Part shown: positions 41,401 through 54,630 of the stretch, one piece after another | Layout of the letters: every line of letters starts with the position of its first letter | Numbering within the stretch: position 1 is the first letter of the stretch | Source of the DNA: Paraspadella gotoi | Taxonomy: Eukaryota > Animalia > Chaetognatha | DNA length: 64,000 nucleotides | NCBI GenBank assembly: GCA_051294375.1 | Contig: CM119268.1 | Coordinates: 11,133,710 to 11,197,709 of the forward strand | Direction: 5' to 3' | The notes under the pieces: generated by a model | Told to the model about the DNA's origin: nothing | The model's database searches: none | Seen by the model: only the letters and a program-made list of their open reading frames with translations | Position numbers and translations under genes: made by a program

Positions 41401-44400
41401 ACAATCTTGAAATCGGTGCCAAAATTCAGTTCCACCTGTATAAATCTTTGGCAAATTATAAAAATCAATACAAAACTAAGTGCTTTTAAATTAAAATGAT
41501 TCCTTTCTCCCAGCGGCTTGACACGAAATTATAATTGTACCTTCGATATCTGTACATACCTAATCATTCTTTTATTTTGAGATAAAAAAAGGCACTTCAC
41601 TCTTCAAGAACCTTCCACTTTATTTAAGATGTTTTTGTACTATGTAATATGTTATAAACTTTTTTATTAACTAAACGGTTTACCCGATTCCTTTTACTAC
41701 AGGACTTTCCGATCAAATCCTAAAGGCGTTATCGATGGGAGAACTTTACGGAGAATCTTGATCACAGCACCAACGAATGGGACAGGACGGGTCAGTATAG
41801 TTATTTATAGTCATGGGCCGAAAACAAAACTGGTCTATGTCACATTTCTTTGTCGATTGCGTCTTCTTGCCTTTTCTTTTCCCCCCACGTTTATACTTTT
41901 TATTAGTTCAGCACAATATTTTTTTTTTGTATGTGTGTCATTACTGTCTCATTTGACTTGTAATATAAAACCGGAATGACTCTTGAGTTCTGTCCATAGA
42001 GGTAACAGCATCCCATGCAACATTTTCTCCACATTGAACCTCCAGGGGGTGCTGTTCGTCGGTGATTGCGGGCAAGCCTGCTCCGACGAGAAGCTGGGAA
42101 CGAGAAGTGGCTCCTTTCCTCGGACGGGCCCCGTCGAACCCCTCTGGATCGAATCAATGAATTCTGTGGATGGACGACCAATAAAGTCCTCACGCTTATT
42201 CAAACTGGGGAGCGAATCTCGATGCCGGATCAGGTTAATGGCGAGCGGGTTGTTGTATGGTTACATTTCCACTGATGAGAGAGCTCTTGCAAGGCTTTGT
42301 TGAACAAAGGACTCGTATTAAATTGTAGCATAAAGGGACTAAGTTAATAGATCCAATTCTTGTTTCATCTACACAATATAAAGGATTTTTTATTTAAATA
42401 CTCTCCAGACAATTTTTTATCTAAAGCCTCGAAAGCATAAAGATTTTTCTTTTATTTATTCCATTGGGCGGGCCACGTTGCTTTTCCCAATTCCAATTTC
42501 CAATTTTGCCTCCCCACTCTCTCCTCTGTTACCCAACGGTGTCCCGCTGTTTTCGAGGTGCAAGACCTGGGCGTGGCGTCCCCCGGCCACCGTCTCCAGA
42601 TGCGGAATGGTCTTCCTGCGATTACAATGAACTCGGTGGCAGCAATTGGTCAACTTCTTGGCTGGCGCTCAAAGAGGAAAGCCGTCATGGCGACGAGCTG
42701 AGGCGGCTTTTCGAGAAGTACATGTATAGGTGACGGAAAAAATAAAATAATTAATGTACCTTTTATATTTATTAATTAATTATAATAATTGAGAACCATT
42801 TCATGACATAAAAAATATTTTTACCTTCTCCCTTCGCATTTAGAGAAACTCATAATATGTTTTACTAGAGGTGGAGCACTCAAGAACAAAAGAATTATTT
42901 GAATGATTGAACAATGATATTTAGAATGTTAGATAGTACGATTAACTAGTACAAAAAATATTTTGTTTCATTATATCTCGGAAACAGAATAGTAAAATAT
43001 ATATATTTATAGTAATATCCTTTATAAAATAGTAAATTTTAAAAATATTTTTATAAAACTTTAATAAAGATTCAGATTTCTTCATTAAAAAGGTGAATCC
43101 AAAAAATATAAAACATGTTATTCAAAATTCTGTCATTCTTTCAATGTTTAAAATAAGAAAAAAAGGTGAAAATTTCCTGACTTTATTATTCTCTGTAGTA
43201 GAAAACTTTTATATGGTTAAAACGTTTAGTCATGTTTTTTATCTAAACATTAAAATATCATATAACATATTTTATAAAAAGTTTTCTTAGTTTTTTACAG
43301 CGATCCCAAATCAGTTTTTTTAAAAATAAAAAAATTATTTGAAATTGACGATTTATTAAGGGATATTACTACATAAATAATTAAATTTGCTATACTGTTA
43401 TGCTAAAAAAAAATTTTAAAAGGATTTAAAATTCATTAATATATGTCCATAGGGCAGCAAAAAAAAAATAATGTTCAATCACTCAATCTTTTCATCACTC
43501 CACCTATGTTTATTGTTAATGTACTACAGGGTTCTCGACTTCAAAGCGATACTTGATAGTTTTTAGCAACAGATGACATATGATAAGGAATTAGCCGGGA
43601 ACTCAACCGGACGACGATAATGAATACCCTATTGCCCGTCTTTTTGATTCGCGGCAACGCGTGGGTAAAAAAGTGAGGGAAATGAGAGAGAGAAGAGAGA
43701 GAGAGAGAGGAGAGAGAGAGAGAAAGAGAGAAAAGAAAAGACAAGAGAGAAAGAGAGAGAGAGAGAGAGGAGAGAGAAGAAAAAAGAGAGAGAGAGAGAA
43801 GAGCGAGAAAGAAGAGAAAGAGAGAGAGAGGAGATGACAATAGACCGTAACAATATTAATTTAATCGCGGACTTAAAGGCTCATTGAGAGAGAAAGAGAG
43901 ATTTTTTTGTTTGTATTTTTTAAATTTCTTTTTTCAAATCACAACAAATATTTTTCGTTCCTTTCTGAATTTCTCCATGAGCATATATTATTCATTAATT
44001 AAATCATTAGATCATTTGTATGGTCCTCCGTTCAAATTGTCATTGTAAAATACTCACATTCTGTATGTCTGGTTATTTATTAAAAAAAAATCCTTATTTT
44101 GCCATTTTAGTTTTTTTTAAATGTTTGTCATTTCTGTTTTAAGTGCTGTGGAAACGAAAACACGCTTGGTCGTATATGTAAATGTATATAACAATTGAAA
44201 ATGAATGTACGATTTAAGTTCGGTTTTCCGTTGCATCGTTTCCTTCTTGCACTTTCACTAAAATGTTTTTTTCCAATTTCTTTCGGGAATCGAAGATAAT
44301 TGTTCCGGCCGAAATGAACAAGGTTTGTTTTATGTTTGCTGCCCTTTTGTTTTTTAAGCGCCCAGTCTTTGCGGAGCTTTCGTGACAAAACGAATCCAAT

Positions 44401-44583
44401 CCAGGATAATTTCTTCTACTATCTTCGCAGAATTCGACTGCACGTCGACTGCATGTGTTCAGCACCCCAGACGCATGTTTACTTTTATTGTTTTTAATCT
44501 TTGTTAATTTTCATCTTCTCTCGAACAACAACAACGGAGGGATCCTCGTTGGTCAAGAAGTCAAAAAAAAAAGAAAAAAAAAA

Positions 44584-44633
<50 letters not shown>

Positions 44634-47600
44634 AAAAAAAAACAACAAAAATACACAAGGAAAAGAAAAAAATCAACTTTAGCTGAACAAAGGAAAAGGA
44701 TGATTAAATTAACAAAGATAAAACAAATAAAGTAAACAATGCGTCTGGGGTGCGAACACATGCAGTCGACGTGCGTCGAATTCTGACCGAAGATAGTAGA
44801 AGAAAATTATCCATGATTGGAATTCGTTTTGTCACGAAAGCTCGCCAAAGACGGCGCTTAAAAAACAAAAGGCAGCAAACATAAACAACCTTGTTCATTT
44901 CGGCCGGACAATTATCTTCGATTCCGCGAAAGAAATTTGGGAAAAAAACATTTTAGTGAAAGTCAAGAAGAACGATGCAACACGGGAAAACCGAAACTTA
45001 ATCGTTACAATTCATTTTCAATTGTTATATACATTTACATAATACGACCCAATGGTGTTTTCGTTTCCCACACTTAAACAAGAAATGACAAAACATTTAA
45101 AAAAAACTAAAATGGCAAAAATAAGGGGATTTTTTTTAATAAATAACCAAGAATACAGAATAGTGAGTATTTTACAATGACATTTGAACGGAGGAACATA
45201 AAATGATTAAATGAATTAATTAATGAATAATATCTCAAATGGAGAAATTCCAGAAAGGAAGAACGAAAATATTTGTGTGATTTGAAAAAAGAATCTTTAA
45301 AAATACAAACAAAAAAATCTTCTATCCTCTCTTCAATGAGCCTAAAAGTCGCGATTAATTATATTGTCTAACTGTCTATTGTCTCTCTCGTCTCCTCTCT
45401 TCTTTCTTTCTACGCTCTCCTCTCTCTCTCTTTTTTTTTCTCTCTCTCCTCTCTCTCTCCTCTCTCTCTCTTTCTTTTCTTTCTCTCTTTATCCTCTCTC
45501 TCTCTCTCTCTCTCTCTCTTCTCATCGTCACCCCATTTCCACGGTTGCCAGCGAAACTCAAAAAGACGGCATAGGGAATACTTACGCCGTTGAGTTCGGC
45601 AATTTCCACCATGCTCTTTGCAAAATGTTCGCATTGAAGTCGAGACCCTGTAGTAAAACAATTAACATAAACATAGGGTGGAGTGATGAAAAGATTGGAG
45701 TGATTTGAACATTTATTTTTTTGCTGCCTAATGGACATATATATTAATGAATTTTAATCCTTTTAAAATTTTTTTAGCATAACAGTATAGAAAATTTAGA
45801 TTATTTAATGTATGCTAATATCCTTAAAATCGTCAAATTTCAAATAATTTTTTTTTATTTTTAAAAACTGATTTGGATCGGCTGTAAAATAACTAAGAAA
45901 CCTATTTATAAAATATGTTATAATGATATTTTAAGTGTTTTAGATAAAAAAAAATGACTAAAACGTTTTAACATATATAATTCTACTTGACAGAGAATAA
46001 AAGTCAGGAATTTTCACCTTTTTTCTTATTTTAAAACATTGAAGATGAAGAATTTTTGAATAACATGTTTTTATATTTTTGATTCACCTTTTATGAAGAA
46101 CATGAATCTTTATTAAAAGTTTTATAAAAATTAAATTTTTAAAATTTACTATTTATAAGGTATTACTATAATATATTTATTTTACTATTCTGTTTCCGAG
46201 ATAATATGAACAAAATATTTTTTGTACGTAGTTAATCCTACTATCCTAACATCTAAATATCATTGTTCAATCATTCAAATAATTTTTTGTTCTTGGAGTG
46301 CTCCACTCTAAGTAAACATTATCTTGAGTTCTCTAAATGCGAATAGGAGAAGGTAAAAAAATATTTTTTTATATGTCATCGAAATGTTCTCAATTATTAA
46401 ATTAATTAATAAATATAAAAGCTACATTAAATTTTATTTTTTCCTCACCTATACATGTACTTCTCGAAAAGGCCGCTCAGCTCGTCCGCCATGACGGCTT
46501 CCTCTTTGAGGCGCCAGCCAAGAGTTGACCATTGGCTCCAACCGAGTTCATTGTAAATTCGAGGAAGACCATCTCCGCATCTGGAGACGGTGGCCGGGGA
46601 CGCCACGCCCAGGTCTTGCACTCGAACAACAGCGACACCTTGGTACAGAGAGAGTGGGAGGCAAAATTGGAAATTTGGTAAATTGGGAAAAGCAACCGTG
46701 GCGCCAATGAATAATAAAAAAAATCTTTATGCTTCGGCTTTAGATAAATAAATTGTCCCTGGAGAGTATTTAAATAAAAAATCTTTTATTGTGTAATGAC
46801 AAATTGGATCTATTAAAACTAGTCTTTATGCTATACAATTTAATACGAGTCCTTTGTTCAACAAAGCCTTGGCAAGAGCTCTATCATCAGTGAAATGTAA
46901 CCATACAACAACCCGCTCGACATTACCTGATCCGGCATCGGAGATTCGCTCCCGTTGATAAAGCGTGAGGACTTTATTGTCGTCCATCACAGAATTCAAT
47001 TGATTCGATCCAGGAGGGTGTCGACGGGGCCGGTCGAGGAGGAGCCACTTCTCCGTCCAGCTTCTCGTCGGAGCAGGCTTGCGCATCACCGACGACAGCA
47101 CCCTGGAGGTTCAATCGTGGGAGAAATGTTGCATGGGAATGCTGTTCCTTATGGACAGAACTCGGTCTTCCGGTTTTATATTAACAAAGTCCAAATGAGA
47201 CAGATTGACACACATACACAAAAAAAAATATTTTGTGCCTGAAACTAATAAAAATATAACGTGGGGGGCAAAGAAAATGGCAAGAAGACGCGAGATCGAC
47301 AAAGAAGTACATAGACACAGTTTTTGTTTCGGCCCATGACTATAATAACTATACTGACCGTTCTGTCCATTCGTTGGGTGCTGAGATCAAATTCTCCGTA
47401 AAAGTTCTCCATCGATAACGCCTTAGGATTGATCGGTAATCCTGTAGTAAAAAGGAATCGGGTAAAACCGTTTAGTTTAAAAAAATTTATTACATATTAC
47501 ATAGTAAAAAACATCTTTAAATAAAGGTGGAAAGGTTCTTGAAGAGTGAAAGTGCCTTTTTTTTCTCAAAATAAAAGAATGATTAAGGTATGTACAGATA

Positions 47601-50600
47601 TCGAAGCTACATTATAATTTCGTTGTCCAAGCCGCTGGAGAAAGGGAATCATTTTAGATTTAAAGCACTTTAGTTTGTATTGATTTTTTATAATTTGACC
47701 AAAGATTTAACAGGTGGAACTGAATTTTGGCACCGTTTCAAGATTGTGAAAAAAAAAGCCCGGGTTGCAGTTCCACTCAAAACCACCTGTCCAAAAGTAG
47801 CAAAACGAATAATTAGTGGATTTATATATATTATATAAATAATAATCTGTATCAATATTTTAATAAACTTACGGCCTGATGATGCAATTTTCAATTCATT
47901 TTCCCAAAAAGAAAAAGAGGTAATGAGAAACATGCGATAAATAATCAGTAAATACCTTAAAAAACGACTAATCTAAACTGGCATCTCAATTAATTAGTAA
48001 GTTAAATACACCGGAACAGTTTAAAAACTGTTTAAAACAAAACTCAATGCACAAATCCTTGACAGTAAAACTATTTACGAATCATGCAATCTGTTTGACC
48101 TTTGTTAACATTCATAAATAATCCACAAAAGTAAGAAATTAAAAACGGCGCCTATTTTTATTAAAGAGACTAAACTGGTAACAGAAAAACTCACTTTGAC
48201 TGTAGGGTATGTTCGTGTCTCCACGCTTTGTGCAGCCTCGGTAAGTGTAGCTTGCAGTAACTTCCAAACGACGGATTTGCCCGACAATGTCTTGCCCACC
48301 CAACATGAACCGAGTGGCGGAATTTTTAGTTTTCGTAAAGTTGAATAAATACCTGGGAAAGAAATAAATATTATGTTACGTTTCTTTGTGTTTTTTTTTT
48401 TAAATGTTATGTTTGTTTTTTTTTAATTTTGAAGGAGTAAAAATTTGATAAATGCTGGTGAATATGAGAAAGAAATTAAATTATGATCAGAAATTAAAAC
48501 TTGAAGTTGAAATAGTATAAAGTTGATAACAAATTTATGTAACACAATGTAACCTTCGTTTTGATAATTTCCGTGCATTGCAGATTGCGGGACTTGCACT
48601 CCTCTTCTAATGTCTCCTCCACTAAACATTGAAAACAAAATTTAAAAAAAATATGAACTTTTAGGACAAACAAATTTAAGGTCACATCTTTTACATACAT
48701 GTGAATTTGTAATCTTAAAGTTTATTTTGCTACAATATTGGCGCTCATTGCAGTATTTTATTGAAACGATTCCAATATGCGATCCGCGATTTTAACGCTA
48801 GGTGGCATCTTTATTTTTAACAAAAATCTCCCAAGCCTCCATCCCACCTTGCTGGTAGTACGATGAGCGGCGTCTCGAACTGCCGGGAAAAGATGGCTCA
48901 TGATCGCGTTGAAGAGTGGAAGGTCGTTGGTGGTCATCTTGGGGATGTTCATGTCCTTCATGGCCAACGAGCAGGATCTGAAAACGATGACAGTGACCAT
49001 AAAAAAAATATTTCTCTTTCAAAATTCACGTCGAATTCATCAAAAAAAATTATAGTTAGTTTTTTATGTTTTGATTTTCCTGCGAATTAGTCACTTTTAT
49101 TACGTAAAGTAACTCATTACAACAACGCGGAAAAACAACTAGAGGAAATGAATAAAACCAATGATTGAAAGTGATTAAAATAGCATACCTTGTAACTGAA
49201 ATTAAATTCATGGGAAATGAGAACAGGTAGTCACAAAGTTCCTGCATTAAACGAAAAAACACTTAGATTTCACATATGCAACTTACCACCTAAAAGATAA
49301 AAAGAAAAGAAAGAAAAAAAAACAAATAAATAAAACTGACATTATAAACATTTGTCTAGATTGGTGGATAGAAGGCTTGCATAGGTAAACATTTCTATAA
49401 CATTCTATAACATATAAATCATTTCAAGGAGCCGCAGCAAGGGGGCTTCTTTGAAAAAAAGTGCCGAGATGTGGAGCTGAAATAGCTCAGAATCAGGCCA
49501 TATCATTTAAAGTCCTTTAGTAGTTCAATATACCTTAACCTTTAGACGAGTAACTTTAAGCAACAAGCTTTCATCTATTCGATGCTAAAAAGTAAGGGGG
49601 TTCTTACTCCTCGTCGGGTAAGGAGGTTGAGGGATCTCTTTTTCCTTCCCGCGTGGGCGCAAAACTGAGACCATGAGCGCGAAGCCCATAGTCGTAATGA
49701 TACCTGATGTGTAAGTGGATTTTTTGATTACAGTATATTAACTAAACTAAATTGAACCAAATTTTACAATAATTTAAACTTTTCATGAAAATTATAGCTA
49801 ACTTCATTAATGAGAAAGCCTCGGCATTGGATCTTTGGAGTAATAAATTATAATGAGAGAGTCTGGATTGAAAGCTTGCATTAAACATCCTGCCTAAAAA
49901 CCTACCAAAGTCAGGGCAGGAATTAGCATAATTCGTTAATTGACTTTATATATTTTGAATTGGTTTCACAATTTTGGATACTTTTTTTAAATTCTCCAAT
50001 CTCTTTTCTTCCTTTTTGATGGACATTTACTGCCTATAAACCATATTTTCGACTATTAACCTTTTAAAAAAATTGTCCAAAGCCTTTATTAGCTAACCAC
50101 CTGTTTAGAGATTGTTGACGGCCAGACGAGTACAGATTGTACCTTTTTTAGCCAAGATCCTTCGTGTTGTTGAATCCTTCGCGAAAAGAATGATTCACAG
50201 CGATGTAGTTAAGCAATCGGCACCACTCATGGAAATCGGTCTGAACATGCCTTGAGAATTGTTCGGGCAGCTCGGTTCTGCCCGCGGTAGCTGGGGTTTC
50301 AATGGTGATGAAGACCTCGCAGCTCCAAATGAGGTTTGATGCTCTTTCCCTCGAAGAACGAACCGAGTTGCGAGGCCGACAAGGCCGACAGGATCGACAT
50401 GGATTTGCTGCGCACGACGACAAGGAAACTGATTCCACATAGGGTTGGCCGTAACTTGACAATGATGTTCGTTTGGTTGTTTGTTATTTTGAATAACAAC
50501 TCGGTTGTACCTCGAATGTTGATGCTTCGTTAAAACTCGTCAAACATCCCCACGCTCCGGTTTGAGGACCAAAACCGGAAAACATTCGCTCCATGGTATT

Positions 50601-53600
50601 GTAGTCCAAACCTAAAAAAAATCAAATAATAGATAAAGTATTTGTTATTATACCGAGTAAAGTCACTAAATTAATGCAAGAGCTCATTTCAAAGAGATGT
50701 GGACGCGATCCGGAAATGGCGTAAGCGAACACTGTGGAAGCCGGCCGATTTTTTGAAAGAATCCGAAACCGGGAGCGAATAGAAAAATTGAGAAAAAAGG
50801 ATTGAACCCGGAAGCTAATATAACCCCTGCGTGTTCGCTTCCTGTCATCTTGTTTTTATTGGTTAGAATGAAAGGTATTTGTAATGTATTAAAAATCTTT
50901 GAACCAGCCCTTTTTTTCTTGATTTTTTCTTATTAAATTTTTTTTCAATATTTACAATTTGTTTGTTCTTATTTTTTTATTCACATTTTTCTTATTCTCT
51001 TCTTTTTAATTTTTGGTTTTTTTTGTACTCTCTTCCTCTTTGGTCGAGAATTATGAATAAAAATTACATATTTATTTTTTTATTATTCTTTTTAATATAT
51101 TAAAATAAAATCTGAGCTGAACAAAATTATTTTTTCTCATCTGAAAAAAACTGTAATTATAAGTCTAAATTAAATAATAAATAAAATTTTTTAATTCTAT
51201 AAAACTAAAAAATTTATTTTTATTATTTTGTTATTTTTTTTAAAATTTAAGACTACGTTTTTTAAAATCCATAACAAGTTTGAGCAAAACAATCCGGAAT
51301 CTGCCCCACGATCATTATCGGTAATTGAATTAATTAATTAGTTGAAAAATATAAATTATTTAATTATTACATATTTTATTAATTAAAAGGAATACATCGA
51401 GCCATTTGGCAGCTCAAATGGATCTTGAATCAAAGACGGATAAGACGACGAATACAATGACGAAGACGACCCGAGTACAGTGTGGTCAATAAGAATGACC
51501 TGTTCATACCCACCTATTATGGCTAAACCTAATGTAAATACTAGTTGTGTTTTATTTTTAAATCATTTTTGCTTGTTTGTTTTTTTCGTTTTTTTTATAT
51601 AATTTGACAAAAGAATGACGACCATGATGATGATGACGAGGAAAACACCGTCATGATTATAGAATTAATGATGATCAATCTAAATGAAATGCATATCAGG
51701 CCTGTTAGTTTTTTAGGTCGTCAGGTCTGACCAGGACAAAGCAGAACGACGTTGGAGATGACGACAATGTTATACTTGACACTTGTTTAATTGATTTAAT
51801 TCATTGAGTTAATTGATTAATTAAATAATTGGTTCTTTTATAATTATTGAATAATAAAATATTTATTATTAGTTGATTTGTTAAATTAATTGATTAATTA
51901 TAATTATTGATAAATAACAAAAATTAGATTCATTAATTTTTTTTTGATTGACTTAGTTGATTAGTTTAAGTTGATTGATTGATTAATTAAATGATTAATT
52001 AATATTAATGCAGCTTGTATTTACATTTAATAAAAAAGAAAAAAGCAAATATGAACAGGTTTTTTTTTTAATTAAATTTATTCCACTCAAATCGATTCTT
52101 TAGCAATCTTACAATTTTTTCATAGTTAAAAATTTTAGCTTGTTAGATGTATTAAAATTATGTCTAACCATGAATTACATGTACTAAAGAGAATAATTTT
52201 TATAAATAATAAACAAATGTAAAATTTCTAAAAGGAAGGAAGCGATGTGCACATCGGAACCAAAAGCGATCCGGGCTAAAAAAAGTAAGGATGCACGCCG
52301 AAAACGGGCGGGAGGGGTCTTGGAAGCGCCGATGGCAAGCGGCGGAAAAATCGATCGTTCCCAACAATCTCTGCCTCATTTAAGTCACTTTTCGTCGGTC
52401 GTCCGGTCGTCTGTCCCACTTACGTTTGTTGCTCTTTTTTTTTTTAAATAAAAAACCTCAAATCTAAGAGACTGCTAGCGCGCCTTCATGGATTCCTAAA
52501 CTTAAAATAAAAGACATAATTTGATGCGAGTACATGGCATAGTTGGGTATCGGGCAAATAAGTTTTTTAAGTCATGTTCATATTCATGTCATCAAAAGGG
52601 GAATAGACGTGAAAATAAAGTTTCAAACTGCACGGCCAAACGTAATACCTAATAAGTTAATTTAAAATTTAACAAACCGTTTTTTTACGGCAGAAAAAAC
52701 TTAAATTTATCGTCTGCGAATTGTCATTTACTTATTGTAGGACTACATGTGAAAAAACCAGTTTTGCCCCAGTTTTTGAAAAAAGGAAAAATAGTATATT
52801 GGGCAAATCAGATTTCCAATTTTGAATGTTTGATGAACTCAGAACTTTTTTTTTCAAATATTTTTAATAATTAATTAATAATATTAATAAAGCCCTTACC
52901 TCGGAGCAGTTGACGACGATGACGTACTGGCCAACGCTTTCCCCAATCTTTGGTCCGACTCCGTCTGCGGTTCGGGCGGGCCCTTTGGGCGACCCGCCCG
53001 GTGGAGGTTGCATGGCCGTGGTCAGGGTCATGTAGCACCTGTCGGTCAGCGAGTGATGGACCAGACGACCCGAGTTTCCCAGGACTTCGTACCCATAGCG
53101 GAATGTGAGTGTTGGGTCTGCGAATCACGCAGTCATCGAGATCACGATCCAGTAGATCTGAGGGAGTGAGAAGGTTTGGGTGCCGGCGGGGGTGTGAATA
53201 ATAATAATTAGCATAAGAACGATTTAAATAATAAATCATCCCCGGAAAAAAAACCAACGCCGTCTCGAGTTGAGAATCACCACAACTGACTCAGCCAATC
53301 GAAGGCCGTGACTTCGCTGCATCCCGCTTTGATCGAAGTTTCTCGATGCAGTCGCGCGCCGTGAACTTCGATGGTCACCAAGGAGAGACGTTTTGGCGCG
53401 TTGGAGTTTGGTGCAAGTTCCTCGGATGGCCTCTGAGAACTTGATTAAGCATCGCCACCTGGTAGGAGGGAGGAAGGAGCTTCAGGTGACGTTCAGGTGC
53501 TAAGGTGTCTTCGCCTTTTGTAAAAAGAGGCGACCACCTGTTTGCGGTTTCGCGATTTGAGGGCGCGCTTGTCTCCACGTTCTTTGTAGAGGACAGGGCC

Positions 53601-53828
53601 TGTAGATGAGGTCGAGAGAAACTGTTAGGGTTAAAATAGAGAAATTAAAGGGATATAGAACAATACTAATTATTATGAAAACAGTACCAGAAAACAATGC
53701 CATCTGTAGCGGTTCATAATCAATGATTATTGGCGGAATAACAATGTGTACAGAGAATACATGGTAGATTGTAAACTGGAAGATCATCAGAACGAGACTA
53801 AGAAGGAGAGCACTGCACAGAAGTAAAG

Positions 53829-53873
<45 letters not shown>

Positions 53874-54573
53874 GAAGAGAGAGAGGAGAGAGGAGAGAGA
53901 GAGAGAGAGAGAGAGGTCAGTAACCGGCCTCCTTCGCGACCGCTAATAATTAATGACTGACCACCGAGGGTTGACCCCGTGGCTACGAAACCTTCGTCGC
54001 CACACCATTTACTTAAAAGATAATATAGTTTAAAAAAATAATCGTACGTTTAAAAATTTGATTTAAATTCATTGAATTAAAGAAATTTAATTTAAATAAA
54101 ATGCTGTTTTTCCCGTTTTCCAAAACGGGATTTCAAAAACTTGGAAAATTTTTATGTGTTATTGACAGAACCGTTCAATATAAGCAGTCCCTGAGCTTCG
54201 GATCAGGCTGAAACACCATGTTACCGGCGGGTTAAGAGTCCCGTCCCTCTTAACTGCTAGGCGACCACCGGGCTAGAACCCCGGACCTTTGGGTTGGGAG
54301 GTGAATGACTTGCCTCCGGCACCAAGGGCCGCTGATGAACGGTTGGTGGATTTTAGTCCACCATAGAGTCATCAAACTCTATTGCCTCACCTTTGTGATA
54401 TCAGCAGTCCACTGAATCTGTGAAGCGGTGATACACATCTGCCCTGGCCACTCCTTGATCCATTTGTCCCTTTTGTTCAAATGCTTTTTCAAAGCCACAC
54501 GAGTTTGTTTGAGCACGTCCTGGGGAATAGGGAGAAAATGGTAAAACGAGAGAAGGAAGAGAGAGAAGAGGAG

Positions 54574-54630
<57 letters not shown>

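Noticed and set aside
33479-54390. Dynein paralogues, pseudogenes or a natural antisense hairpin (siRNA) locus
   Set aside because: Adapter at the fold, read-like indel errors equally in exons and introns, and an N-gap junction all point to an artefact.
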